Shown here piece after piece: positions 49,898 through 60,656 of a stretch of DNA of 64,000 nt (position 1 is its first letter; every line of letters begins with the position of its first letter). The notes under the pieces are model-generated. The model saw only the letters and a list, made by a program, of their open reading frames with translations. It was not told where the DNA came from and did not search any database. This DNA comes from an uncultured Clostridia bacterium (GTDB lineage: Bacteria; Bacillota; Clostridia; Christensenellales; UBA1242), in assembly GCA_944382715.1 (NCBI GenBank), contig CALWNC010000001.1:304496-368495 (forward strand). The letters run 5' to 3'. The position numbers and the translations under genes were made by a program.

Positions 49898-50043
49898 ATT
49901 TACATTATATTTGTTAACATTTAAAATTTTAACTTTATTGCTTTATTTTTTATAAAAGATATTGTATAATACTGACGGAAGAAGTTAGTTTTTGCCTAAT
50001 CTAAACTACTTACAAACTAAAATTTAAATCAGGGAGAAATTTT

Positions 50044-51141
50044 ATGGAACTTGGAGTTGTTGGTTTGCCTAATGTTGGAAAAAGTACACTATTTAATGCA
50101 ATCACAAAGGTTGGTGCAGAAGTTGCAAATTATCCATTTTGCACCATTGAGCCAAATGTTGGGATTGTACCTGTGCCAGATGAAAGGCTAAATGTACTTG
50201 GAAAAATGTACAATACGAAAAAAATTACTCCTGCAGTACTTAAGTTTGTTGATATTGCAGGACTTGTTAAAGGTGCATCGCGTGGAGAGGGACTTGGAAA
50301 TAAATTTTTAGGAGCAATTCGCGAGTGTGATGCGATTGTTCATGTGGTTAGATGTTTTAATGACCCTAACATTACACATGTGGATGGTTCAGTCGACCCT
50401 ATTCGTGATATTGAAACAATCAATACCGAGCTTGCACTTGCCGATCTTGAAACCGTAAAGACAAAACTTGAAAAGACGGAAAAAATGTATAAGCAAGGTA
50501 ACAAGGAGCTTTTAACCGAAGTCAACCTACTAAAAAGAATTGCAGAACTTTTAAATGATGGAAAACCTGCAAGGCTTGCCATTCAAACAGATGAAGAAAA
50601 AAAGCTAGCCAGTTCCTACTTTTTGCTAACTACAAAGCCAGTAATTTATGCCTGCAACATTTCAGAAGATGATATTTCAAAAGACGAGGACAGTTTGGAA
50701 TATGTGCAAAAGGTAAAAGCATATGCCGAGTCAGAAAATGCAAAAGTTCTTGTTATTTGTGCAAAAATTGAGCAGGAATTATCTGAACTTGATGAAGAAG
50801 AAAAGCAAATGTTTTTGGAAGATCTTGGACTTAGTGGCAGTGGACTGGAGAAAATTATCAAACTAGGATATGAAACACTTGGTCAGATTTCCTTTTTAAC
50901 TGCTGGTGAAAAAGAAGTTCGTGCATGGACAATTATCAAAGGGACAAAAGCTCCCGGTGCTGCAGGAAAAATTCATAGTGATTTTGAAAAAGGATTTATA
51001 CGCGCTGATGTCGTTTCTTATGAAAATCTTGTTGCCTGTGGTGGTTATAATCAAGCACGCGAAGCTGGAAAAGTTAGAAGCGAAGGCAAAGATTATGAAG
51101 TTCAAGATGGTGATGTAATTCTTTTCAAGTTTAATGTTTAA
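50044..51141 (+). CDS. ychF: Obg-like ATPase YchF
   Basis: GLPNVGKST, NYPFCTIEPN, DIAGLV, GEGLGNKFL, TGS C-terminus. Confidence 0.97.
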   Translation: MELGVVGLPNVGKSTLFNAITKVGAEVANYPFCTIEPNVGIVPVPDERLNVLGKMYNTKKITPAVLKFVDIAGLVKGASRGEGLGNKFLGAIRECDAIVHVVRCFNDPNITHVDGSVDPIRDIETINTELALADLETVKTKLEKTEKMYKQGNKELLTEVNLLKRIAELLNDGKPARLAIQTDEEKKLASSYFLLTTKPVIYACNISEDDISKDEDSLEYVQKVKAYAESENAKVLVICAKIEQELSELDEEEKQMFLEDLGLSGSGLEKIIKLGYETLGQISFLTAGEKEVRAWTIIKGTKAPGAAGKIHSDFEKGFIRADVVSYENLVACGGYNQAREAGKVRSEGKDYEVQDGDVILFKFNV

Positions 51142-51346
51142 TTTTTTTGATAAATATAATTTTTAGTTTTTAGTTTTAAATTAATATTATTATCAATTTC
51201 TAATTATTTAGTTTATTATTTTACAAAAAATCTGCTGAGATAGTTGTGTAACAATCTCGGCAGATTTTTATTTTTAATTTATAATAGTAATTATTATTAC
51301 CACAAGAAAAATTATCATAATTCAAGAAACAATATTAAAAATCAAT

Positions 51347-51925
51347 TTAAATTGATTCAACATACTTAATCAATTTTTTTGGATTACCTTTAACAATAAA
51401 TGGTGTGCTATCCTTATAGCCCGTTTCCTTATTAGTTGAGTCATTGGTGACTGAACTATAAACAACCATTTCTTCATATGAACTATTGATTGGTATTATG
51501 AAAATAAGACACATATAGGAAATTACCCTGCTACTATCACCCTCATAGCATACAATATTTTTTAAGTTCTCTTCCCTATAAATCAATTCTATGACCAAGT
51601 TATCATTTTTCATACTCGTGTCATATGTAGAATAGTTATCTTCGCCGTATACTGGGCGATTTTTAAGATTTCCATCGCTTATCATTACTCTAAGCAGAGA
51701 GTTACGAATAGAATTATTAAGTTCTTCCATTATTCTAATATATCCCTCATCTCCCTCATAATAAGAAGCTCCGTCATTGACTGTCGTTGTACTCTTATAA
51801 TATACATTAATTGAAAACGGGTTATCAAAGGTAACAACCCTTTGTCTAATACAGCCAAGCGTAATTAAAAACACTCCTATAACACCAATAAATGCAGCTG
51901 AAATTATACAAAATATCTTTTTCAT
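51347..51925 (-). CDS. hypothetical exported/membrane-anchored protein
   Basis: N-terminal hydrophobic segment; 8 bp downstream of ftsH. Confidence 0.65.
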   Translation of the reverse strand: MKKIFCIISAAFIGVIGVFLITLGCIRQRVVTFDNPFSINVYYKSTTTVNDGASYYEGDEGYIRIMEELNNSIRNSLLRVMISDGNLKNRPVYGEDNYSTYDTSMKNDNLVIELIYREENLKNIVCYEGDSSRVISYMCLIFIIPINSSYEEMVVYSSVTNDSTNKETGYKDSTPFIVKGNPKKLIKYVESI

Positions 51926-51933
51926 AGTTCTTC

Positions 51934-54531
51934 CTATTCGTTATCTTCTTTCTTTGTACTTTTAACTTTAGAATTAGACTTACTATTGTCCGTAACCTTT
52001 GACTTAGATTTTTCAGAAGTTTCTTTGTTCTCTTCGTCGTCGTTTTTAGAGATTTCAATATTTTTCTTTTCATCAGCAATAGTGTCAGAGGTTTTAGTTT
52101 CTTTTGACTCTACTCCGTCTTGCTTCAAATTGTTCTCTTTATTTTCTTCCTTTGCAGGCGCTATTTTTTCATGTGAAACAATTTCGTTTGAGTCGTCATT
52201 TTTCTCTTTGCTTGTATCGCTTTCTAATTTTGAATTTATATCTTCTTTGGTTTCTTTTTGTTCTAAATTTATAGAATCTTGAGATTGAATTGCAGTTTTT
52301 TGAGTGTTTGTATCACTTTCAGATGTGTAAGTGTCTGCACTTTCATTTTCATCATTTGACACTTTTTTTGAAGTATCTGTTTTTTGATCATTCTGCAAAT
52401 CTTCATTATCTATACTATCCGAATCTGTATTTTTATTATCTTTTTCAGAACTTTCTACACTCTCTTTCAATTCTTGATTTGAATCTACGCCAGTTTGTTT
52501 TTCTTCAGTTTCAGTATTTTGTTCCTTAACACCATTTGTTTCTGTGGTTTTTGCTTGTTTTTCTTTAATTTCTGCATTTTTTATTAGTTCATCTACATAA
52601 TTTGAAGAATTTTCTGTTTTAGTCTGGTCATCCTGTTGAAGCAATGTAGACCTTTTATCTTTATGGTCAATATAATCAATCACTTCTTCCTTTGTTTTGC
52701 CAGCAATAATCATATCTACTTCTTCTGCATAGATTGTTTCTCTTTCAAGAAGAACATTTGCCATTGTCATCAAAACATCTTTATTTTCTGTTAAGATACG
52801 CTCAGTTTCTTTTTGGCAAGAATCTATAATTTTCTTAATCTCTTCGTCAATTAGCGTACCTTGAGATTCACTATATGGCATTCTTTCTTGATAAGATTTT
52901 CCAATAAAGACTTCATCACTACTGCCACAGTAAACCATACCAACATTTGAACTCATACCCCACTCAGTAACCATTCGCCTTGCAATACTACTTGCACGCT
53001 TTAAATCGTTCGATGCGCCCGTTGATATGTCACCAACATATAGTTTTTCAGCAGTAATTCCACCAAGTAACATTTGAATTTTACAAAGTAATTTCTCTTT
53101 AAAATAAACAGTTGAATCGTCATCAGTTGAAAGTGTGTAACCACCTGCCCCACCTCTTGGAATGATAGACACTTCGTGAACTGGGGATTTTTCTTTAGCA
53201 AGCTTAGAAATAAGTGCGTGACCTGACTCGTGAATTGCAGTATCTAGTCTATCTTTTTCATCAATTACACGGCTTCTCTTTTGTGGTCCAAGAGTAACTT
53301 TCATTATAGCCTTTTGAATATCTTCTTCGTTTATAAATTTACGGTTATCCTTTGCAACCATTATTGCGGCCTCATTTAAAAGGTTTTCAAGTTCGGCACC
53401 AGTAAAGCCTGAGGTTATTCTCGCTATTGTCTTAAAATCAATATTTTTAGCAAACTTTTTATTTCTTGAATGAACTTTCAAAATTTCTTCTCTTCCCTTA
53501 ATATCAGGAACCCCTATATTAATTCTTCTATCAAATCTTCCCGGTCTGAGAAGTGCTGGGTCAAGTATATCAACTCTGTTAGTTGCAGCCATTACGATAA
53601 TGCCTTCATTCTCTTCAAATCCGTCCATTTGAACAAGAAGTTGGTTTAGGGTTTGTTCTCTTTCGTCGTTTCCTCCACCAAGTCCAGCACCCCTTTGTCT
53701 ACCAACGGCATCAATTTCATCAATAAATATAATGCAAGGCTTTGCCTTTTTTGCAGTTTCAAACAAATCTCTCACTCTTGACGCACCCACGCCGACAAAA
53801 AGTTCCATAAAGTCACTACCAGATATTGTAAAGAAAGGTACATTTGCCTCGCCTGCAACAGCTCTTGCTAGAAGTGTCTTACCCGTTCCTGGAGGTCCCA
53901 CAAGGAGAACACCTTTTGGAATTTTTGCTCCTAGCTCAGTATATTTCTTAGGATTTTTCAAAAAGTCCACAACATCTTCGAGTTCTTGTTTTTCTTCTTC
54001 AGCACCTGCAACATCAGTAAACTTCGTTTTGCTAGGATATATCCTTGCTCGGTTTTTAACAAACTCAAAGTTTTTGTTGTTTGTATTTTTAAGTTGTCTT
54101 GTAATAAAGACAATCATGAATATAAGTGATGCAATTAAAAGTATTGGATAAACAATATTTAGTATTGAAACTGTTGTCGTTGTTCCAGATACAAGTATTG
54201 GAACTTCAAGACCTTGCTCATTTAATTCGTTCCACTTGCTTAAAACATCTTCTTCTATAGAATCTCTTCTATATAGCCAATGTGCTTCACCATTTTTATA
54301 ATAAATCTGTATTTTAGTCTGATTTAAATCAATCTCTTTAATATTTCCAGCAGTAAGCTGTTCGACATATGTATTAACATCAATTTCAGTACCAGTTGCA
54401 CTTCGATTAATGTATACGTAAACTAGTGTTATAACCAGAATAAAAGCCAAACAAAGAATAATCCTCCTAAACATCTTATCCTTTTGTTGCTTAATTCGTA
54501 AATTTTTATTCTGCTCTTCTATTTCGCTCAT
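51934..54531 (-). CDS. ftsH: ATP-dependent zinc metalloprotease FtsH with a long acidic C-terminal tail
   Basis: [31 protein letters not shown]; start at the ATG after GGAGG. Confidence 0.96.
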   Translation of the reverse strand: MSEIEEQNKNLRIKQQKDKMFRRIILCLAFILVITLVYVYINRSATGTEIDVNTYVEQLTAGNIKEIDLNQTKIQIYYKNGEAHWLYRRDSIEEDVLSKWNELNEQGLEVPILVSGTTTTVSILNIVYPILLIASLIFMIVFITRQLKNTNNKNFEFVKNRARIYPSKTKFTDVAGAEEEKQELEDVVDFLKNPKKYTELGAKIPKGVLLVGPPGTGKTLLARAVAGEANVPFFTISGSDFMELFVGVGASRVRDLFETAKKAKPCIIFIDEIDAVGRQRGAGLGGGNDEREQTLNQLLVQMDGFEENEGIIVMAATNRVDILDPALLRPGRFDRRINIGVPDIKGREEILKVHSRNKKFAKNIDFKTIARITSGFTGAELENLLNEAAIMVAKDNRKFINEEDIQKAIMKVTLGPQKRSRVIDEKDRLDTAIHESGHALISKLAKEKSPVHEVSIIPRGGAGGYTLSTDDDSTVYFKEKLLCKIQMLLGGITAEKLYVGDISTGASNDLKRASSIARRMVTEWGMSSNVGMVYCGSSDEVFIGKSYQERMPYSESQGTLIDEEIKKIIDSCQKETERILTENKDVLMTMANVLLERETIYAEEVDMIIAGKTKEEVIDYIDHKDKRSTLLQQDDQTKTENSSNYVDELIKNAEIKEKQAKTTETNGVKEQNTETEEKQTGVDSNQELKESVESSEKDNKNTDSDSIDNEDLQNDQKTDTSKKVSNDENESADTYTSESDTNTQKTAIQSQDSINLEQKETKEDINSKLESDTSKEKNDDSNEIVSHEKIAPAKEENKENNLKQDGVESKETKTSDTIADEKKNIEISKNDDEENKETSEKSKSKVTDNSKSNSKVKSTKKEDNE
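52165..52180. promoter_or_regulatory. parS-like site inside the ftsH tail
   Basis: TTTTTCATGTGAAACA (14/16 match to consensus). Confidence 0.5.
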
Positions 54532-54717
54532 TTTTACCTCCATTTTAGTACATAATCTATTTTATCAAAATATAATATTTTTATCAATTCTTTTTAATAA
54601 TTATATAAAACAATAATAAAATTTTACATAAATTTTTGAAAAATTTTTGTCATAAAAATAGACTTTACATATATTTTATAATATAATATAATTAGAAACA
54701 AAAAGAGGTATTTTAAA

Positions 54718-55479
54718 ATGAATTGGTTGGATTTGGGTATAATAATTTTTATTATAATCCTGATTGTTATTGGGATTAGACAGGGGCTTATGAACTCGGT
54801 ACTCTCAAACTTTTCTTTTTCAGTTAACTGCTTGATTAGTTTTTTTCTGAGTAGACCGATAAAGTTCATTTTTAATCGTGTTTTTGGTGTAGGTAGTGCA
54901 ATTTCAAGCCATTACTACGATTTGTTAATTCAAAAAGAAGGCTTTGCAACCAATTTACTTGAAATTTCAGAAGAAAATTTGCATAGCACTGTCAATATTG
55001 CAATTAACAATGGTGACTTTAATTTTGTTTCAAAAACAATGTTTAAGATATTTTTAAATAAAAACAATTTGTATGAAACCCTACATAACTCAGACCATGT
55101 AAGCAGAACAATGGCAGACATAATTTCTGAAACCTACTCCTCTTTCTTTATGACAATTATTGCATTTGTTACATCTTTAGTTCTTGTGTTTATTGTTGTA
55201 AGTTTATTCCAACTTTTATCTAACAAACTTAGAACCGTTGGAAGTGTTAAGGTGGTTGATAGTGTACTTGGTGCTTTTTATGGAATATTTAGATGTTTCG
55301 TAATTTTAGTTATTGTATGTATTGCAATTAAACTTCTCTCAGCATTTTCATTTATGGACAGTGTTGTAAACTATATTAATGACTCATTCTTCGGACGGCT
55401 TATATATGTCCAAATTAATGACTTTATAAATAATTACCTTAGTTTTAGTGATATTGTCTCCTCGCTATTTAATCATTAG
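54718..55479 (+). CDS. CvpA-like membrane protein
   Basis: N-terminal LDLGII....GIRQGL and C-terminal DSVLGAFYG motifs. Confidence 0.7.
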   Translation: MNWLDLGIIIFIIILIVIGIRQGLMNSVLSNFSFSVNCLISFFLSRPIKFIFNRVFGVGSAISSHYYDLLIQKEGFATNLLEISEENLHSTVNIAINNGDFNFVSKTMFKIFLNKNNLYETLHNSDHVSRTMADIISETYSSFFMTIIAFVTSLVLVFIVVSLFQLLSNKLRTVGSVKVVDSVLGAFYGIFRCFVILVIVCIAIKLLSAFSFMDSVVNYINDSFFGRLIYVQINDFINNYLSFSDIVSSLFNH

Positions 55480-55551
55480 CATTAGAAATTAAAAACTTCA
55501 AATTTTAATAATATATATTATAGCTTTCAAATTGAAAACGCAATTTAAATA

Positions 55552-55592
55552 AATATAAAAAGGAATAAGACTTGCTTATTCCTTTTTATATT
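55552..55592. terminator. bidirectional-type terminator
   Basis: Perfect 18-bp inverted repeat AATATAAAAAGGAATAAG / CTTATTCCTTTTTATATT. Confidence 0.75.
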
Positions 55593-56308
55593 ACATCAAA
55601 TACTCTATGGGGGTATTATTTTAAAAATTTCTCTATAGTTAATTGTTTTTTTCACTTATTATATTGCATAATACTACTTAGATTGTGTTTTTCACTAATA
55701 ATAAATTATATATTTAAATCTACACCTATCTTAACTCAATATAATACATATTTTATTGTTTTTTTTAGATTATTAACTTCTATACATAAATTTATTTAAT
55801 ACTATTATTTTTAATTAAATATTTAAAAAATTGTATTTTTATTATAATTTTTTATTTTTACTGTGATTATTAGTTATTTCTTATCATTTATTAGAGCAAT
55901 ATAGATTTTTTTAATCTATATTAATTTTATTTTTATTAATTTTTATTTTATTTCAAAAATTTAAATAGCTTTTTAATAAAACAGAGGGAGCTTTTAAGGA
56001 ATTTTTATTATAAATAGGTTTTAAAAACAAGTAGATTTCATTTAATCTTGATAATAGTATTTAATTTTTTAAAATTTTAATATTTTCAAACAATAATTTA
56101 TTAATTAAGCTAATTTAATTGAATAATTACTTATTAATTGGCTATTATTAATTTATAAATCCAGAACCAGTTTTGTCAATACAGAAGTGCATACTTTTAT
56201 ATTAAATAATATCTTTATTTATATTTAAAGCATTTCTAAATCATTTCAATTAATAAGTGTTGATTTTATCATATAAAATTAGATATTAATTAAAAAATTT
56301 TAATTTTG

Positions 56309-56378
56309 AAATTCTGCGACTACAAGCAATATTGAGTGACCACTTTTTTATGTTTTAGATACCCCCTATTTTGCCAAA
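56309..56378 (+). repeat. ~70-bp dispersed element, copy 1
   Basis: AAATTCTGCGACTACAAGCAATATTGAGTGACCACTTTTTTATGTTTTAGATACCCCCTATTTTGCCAAA. Confidence 0.8.
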
Positions 56379-56960
56379 ATTAATATTTTATTTGTGATTT
56401 TTATTATTAATTTTCACTTTATTGGTTTACTTATTAACTTTATATTAATTTTATAGTGTGATACTTTAACATCTTTATTTCTTTTATATTTATATATTTT
56501 TACAGCAATAAAACCAATGCAAGTATATTGTTTTAATTAAATTAAGTTTAAATGTTTTAGACTTTAATTATACAAACACCTAATAGTTTTCAAAATCTTA
56601 ATTCACTTTTTGATTAAATTAACCGTGCTTGTCAGTTTTAAATATATCTTTGGCTAGTATTAATTAATACTTTCCCATTTAATGCTATATTTGTAATTAG
56701 GTAATAAATATTTTATTTCTATTTTAAATAATGCACAACAATATCATACCAAGGGAAAATGTCAATCTCTTTTAAAATTAATTAAACACTTTTTACAAGT
56801 CTTTAATCCAGATGGATAATTCTTTTATAATTTATGTGAAACATTATATTAATATAACAAGGTTAAGACAATTGACAACTTAAAATAGATACTCATATTA
56901 TTATTTTATTTTACTAAAAATAATATAAATTTAGGTAATTTTTCTTAAAAATCAATTTTA

Positions 56961-57029
56961 AAATTCTGCGACTACACGCAATCTTGAGTGACCACTTTTT
57001 AGCTTTTAAACTACCCTACTTTTGCCAAA
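56961..57029 (+). repeat. ~70-bp dispersed element, copy 2
   Basis: AAATTCTGCGACTACACGCAATCTTGAGTGACCACTTTTTAGCTTTTAAACTACCCTACTTTTGCCAAA. Confidence 0.8.
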
Positions 57030-57294
57030 TCTTACAATAAATCAAATAGAAATTTTAAGTTTAAAACTATTTTTATTATGAAAAATAATTTTTTTATTTA
57101 AAAAATAAGCAAATCATAATAAGGATACTTATTCTTTTTAGCTTAAAGCAAAACAGATATTAAGCGTATAAAAGAAAGTTTTTTCATAACATTAATAGTC
57201 AAATAAATAAGGTTTTGAATCACTTATTAATGATTAACATTTCCATTGTTATATTATAGATATTTAAATATATTCCTTGTACTAAAATTTAAAA

Positions 57295-57310
57295 TGTTTC
57301 ACATGAAACA
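57295..57310. promoter_or_regulatory. parS site
   Basis: TGTTTCACATGAAACA. Confidence 0.85.
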
Positions 57311-57670
57311 TTTATTAAATTATTTTGTCAAACAATATAATTATTTTTCTAATTTAAACACAATTTAGCGTCTTATTTAAACAATTTTATAGTTTATTTT
57401 TAATATTTTAATTATTAAAATTTATTATTTTCTAAAAATATCAAGAAAAAATCAAAGGTAAACTTAATTTTAAATACAATATTCTATTATAACAGGATAT
57501 TTATTATAATTATTTAATAAATTTTTAAATTTTTATTCTTTTTTATTGTTATTGGTGACATTTTATATTAAATGATTTACTAATAAATTAAAATAAAAAT
57601 GATATCAATAATATAAAATTGCTTAACTCTTTAATATATATTTTGTTTACAACTATTATTATATTAGTGT

Positions 57671-57686
57671 GGTTTCACGTGAAACA
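57671..57686. promoter_or_regulatory. parS site
   Basis: GGTTTCACGTGAAACA. Confidence 0.85.
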
Positions 57687-58002
57687 TAATTCCTTAATTT
57701 TAAACATTTTTCACTAAAATATTACCATTTTTATTTAAAATCCGTCTAAATCCATTATTAATATTTAAAATAATTTTGGTTTATATAAAGTACATACCAT
57801 ATATAATATAATTATATCTTATAATACCCTCATTTTGATGGTTTTTAACTTAACATATTAATAAGAGATGTTTATTATGCTTCAATAATAGTAATTTATA
57901 ACCCTTTATTATTACTTATTTAATACTATATAATAATTAGAAATTGGTTTTAATATTATAGTAAAATTAGCTCATTTTTTATAAAAAAATTAATGCGAAT
58001 TC

Positions 58003-58066
58003 ACAAGTTAGGGGTATCTGAAATCATAAAAATTAAAGCTTCAAGAATGCGTGTATTCGCAGAATT
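58003..58066 (-). repeat. ~70-bp dispersed element, copy 3 (inverted, more diverged)
   Basis: Reverse complement reads AAATTCTGCGAATACACGCATTCTTGAAGCTTTAATTTTTATGATTTCAGATACCCCTAACTTG. Confidence 0.7.
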
Positions 58067-58210
58067 TTAAAAATCAAAAATCGTTAAATATTCCCATTAT
58101 TTTAATACATTTTAACGAGGTTTTGCAGGTTAGTTGAGTCAAATCTCTTCCTTAAACTCTTCTTTATTAATTGGAATACAAGAATAGATTTTAAACAGGC
58201 ATTGTTTTTT

Positions 58211-58226
58211 TGTTTCATGTGAAACA
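58211..58226. promoter_or_regulatory. parS site
   Basis: TGTTTCATGTGAAACA. Confidence 0.85.
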
Positions 58227-58251
58227 TTTTTTTACATTTTTTGACAAGTAA

Positions 58252-58360
58252 TAATTATATTTGTTTTTAAATATGATTGAGTTATAATTATATTTGTTTT
58301 TAAATATGATTGAGTTATAATTATATTTGTTTTTAAATATGATTAAGGTATAACTATATT
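58252..58360. repeat. 33-bp tandem repeat x3.3
   Basis: TAATTATATTTGTTTTTAAATATGATTGAGTTA: two identical copies, one near-identical, then a partial copy. Confidence 0.85.
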
Positions 58361-58591
58361 CATTTTGGGGATAATTTTTTTTTAGATTAAGTACTTATCT
58401 TATAATATTGCTAATTGTCTTATTAAATACTTTTTAGTAATCATTATATTTTAATAATTATTAATTATTTTATTAAATTATTAAGAGTAATTCATGTCAA
58501 AATGTATTGAATTTAGTGGAAAATATTGAGTTTATATACTTATTGCACATAAATATAATTAATTAGAATGAAAATATTAATTATTTTTATA

Positions 58592-58607
58592 TGTTTCACA
58601 TGAAACA
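58592..58607. promoter_or_regulatory. parS site
   Basis: TGTTTCACATGAAACA. Confidence 0.85.
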
Positions 58608-58828
58608 TTTTTTTGACAAAAATATATAAAATAAAAACTTAATGCATTAAGTTTTATTTTTTAACAAGTAAATATATTTTTATTATTAAATATAATCTAT
58701 TTTATTGTTTTTAGCTTGATTTTGGCTTTGATTAAACGCAATTTACTTAAAAACAATAAAAACTTTAATTATATAAACCACAAGAGGGTTATTTTTATAG
58801 AACAAACAAATATTTTTAACATTTAAAA

Positions 58829-58860
58829 AATGGAAAACCAATAATTTATGGTTTTCCATT
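58829..58860 (-). terminator. terminator of parAB
   Basis: AATGGAAAACCA...TGGTTTTCCATT followed by a T-run on the minus strand. Confidence 0.75.
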
Positions 58861-58880
58861 ACAATTTCTATTATTTCAGC

Positions 58881-59771
58881 TTATCTTTTGTTATTTAATA
58901 CATCATATATTCGATTTAAGTCTTCTTTATTGTAATATTCAATAATTATCTTACCCTTATTGTCATTACCTTTAATTTGAACCTTTGTAAGCAATGTTCT
59001 TTTAATTTGATTTTCAAATTCTTTAAGTTCAACACTTTTTTCTGGTCTTTTTGTAGCTGAAAGCTTTGTTCCTTGATTAATATTATGAATTAATCTTTCA
59101 GTTTCTCTTACACTTAAACCTTTTTCAATAATTTGAAGTGCAACTTCCTTTTGTTTTACAGAACTTTCAAGTGCAAGCAAAGCCCTTGCATGCCCTGCAG
59201 AAATTTTATTTGTTTCAACTAAATTAATTATAGCTTCTGGTAAAGTAAGCAATCTAATTGTATTTGCAACGGCAGGTCTGCTTTTGCCAATTTTATCAGC
59301 CACTTCATCTTGTGTTAAATGATATTGTTCAATTAAGTTTTTAATTGCTCTGGCTGACTCAATTGGATTAAGATCTTCTCTCTGCAAATTCTCAATAATG
59401 GCAATTTCACTAACTTCTTGTTTTGTATATTCTCGAACCAAACAAGGTATCTTTTTAAGCCCTGCTATTCTTGCAGCTCTCCATCTTCTTTCACCAGCAA
59501 TAATTATGTATCTTCCATTATTTTCCTGAACAATTATTGGTTGGACAACACCAAATGATTTAATTGATTCAGCAAGTTCATTTAACGCATCTTCATCAAA
59601 ATTCTTTCTTGGCTGATCTGGATTTCTATCAATAAGTCCAATTTCTATTTCTTTTGGTTCATTTACTACAACCTGCTCAACTTTTGTTTCTACTTTCACT
59701 TCTGCTGGTGCTTTTTCTTCTTCATATTCACCAAACAACGAGTCTAAACCTCTACCTAAACCTTTTTTCAT
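58881..59771 (-). CDS. parB: chromosome partitioning protein ParB/Spo0J
   Basis: KKGLGRGL, QPRK.F, IAGERRWRA, ENLQREDLNPIE, HTH, GHARALL. Confidence 0.96.
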   Translation of the reverse strand: MKKGLGRGLDSLFGEYEEEKAPAEVKVETKVEQVVVNEPKEIEIGLIDRNPDQPRKNFDEDALNELAESIKSFGVVQPIIVQENNGRYIIIAGERRWRAARIAGLKKIPCLVREYTKQEVSEIAIIENLQREDLNPIESARAIKNLIEQYHLTQDEVADKIGKSRPAVANTIRLLTLPEAIINLVETNKISAGHARALLALESSVKQKEVALQIIEKGLSVRETERLIHNINQGTKLSATKRPEKSVELKEFENQIKRTLLTKVQIKGNDNKGKIIIEYYNKEDLNRIYDVLNNKR

Positions 59772-59870
59772 AAAACTACCTCTAAAATCATAAATTTATT
59801 TTATATTTTTAATATATCAAAGCATATTTTTATAAAATTTAAATTAAATCTTTAATAAAGATAATTAAAT

Positions 59871-60656
59871 TTAAACTAATTTTTTAAATTTTATGCCTTT
59901 ACGGCGAAAATATTCTTCAGTCAATGCCTGATATGCCTTTGAACCAATACAATTTTTATCATAAATGTAAATAGGTTCACCAAAACTTGGAGATTCAGCA
60001 AGTCTTACATTTCTTGGAATCATTGTTTTAAACACTGCACCACTAAAAAACTTTTCAATTTCCTGTGCAACTTGCTTACCTAAATTGCTACGGCTATCTC
60101 TCATTGTCAAAACAACTCCATCTATTTCAATTGACGGATTAAGTTTCTTTTTTACAATTCGTATACTATTCATTAATTGACTAAGTCCTTCAAGCGCAAA
60201 AAATTCGCATTGAATAGGTATAATTACAGCATCTGAAGCAGTAAATGCATTAACTGTAAGTAAATTAAGTGATGGTGGACAATCAAGAGTTATAAAATCA
60301 TAACTATCCTTTATCGGTTCAAATATTTTTTTGATTACCGTTTCACGATTTTTCATATAGACCAGTTCTACATCTGCACCAGACAAGTCCAAATTTGATG
60401 GCAAAATTGATAGGTTTTTAACTTTAGTTTCATAAATAGATTCTTGCAAAGTCTTTTGTTCCATAATAACTTGATATATAGAATTTAAGTTATTGTCTTT
60501 AATAAAACCAAGATTACTTGTTGCATTGCCCTGTGGGTCAAGGTCAACCATTAAAACCTTTTTACCCATTAAAGCCATAAAAACAGACATATTAACGCAA
60601 GTAGTCGTCTTACCAACACCACCTTTTTGATTGGCGAACGCAATTATTCTTCCCAT
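59871..60656 (-). CDS. parA: chromosome partitioning ATPase ParA/Soj
   Basis: NQKGGVGKTT, DLDPQGNAT, DCPPSL, QCEFFALEG, PRNVRLAE.PS.G. Confidence 0.96.
   Translation of the reverse strand: MGRIIAFANQKGGVGKTTTCVNMSVFMALMGKKVLMVDLDPQGNATSNLGFIKDNNLNSIYQVIMEQKTLQESIYETKVKNLSILPSNLDLSGADVELVYMKNRETVIKKIFEPIKDSYDFITLDCPPSLNLLTVNAFTASDAVIIPIQCEFFALEGLSQLMNSIRIVKKKLNPSIEIDGVVLTMRDSRSNLGKQVAQEIEKFFSGAVFKTMIPRNVRLAESPSFGEPIYIYDKNCIGSKAYQALTEEYFRRKGIKFKKLV

Noticed and set aside
55572-55799. 75-aa plus-strand ORF in the gene-free region
   Set aside because: TTG start inside a terminator hairpin; F/I/Y-rich composition typical of AT-rich non-coding DNA
56340-58050. Tn3-like GGGGTA terminal inverted repeats within the 70-bp element
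   Set aside because: Lacks the 38-bp IR ending in TAAG, similarity extends beyond the GGGG, and no transposase is present
13988-58360. 24-bp, 33-bp and 70-bp repeats as CRISPR arrays
   Set aside because: The tandem repeats have no spacers, the 70-bp copies are 650-1000 bp apart, and no cas genes are present
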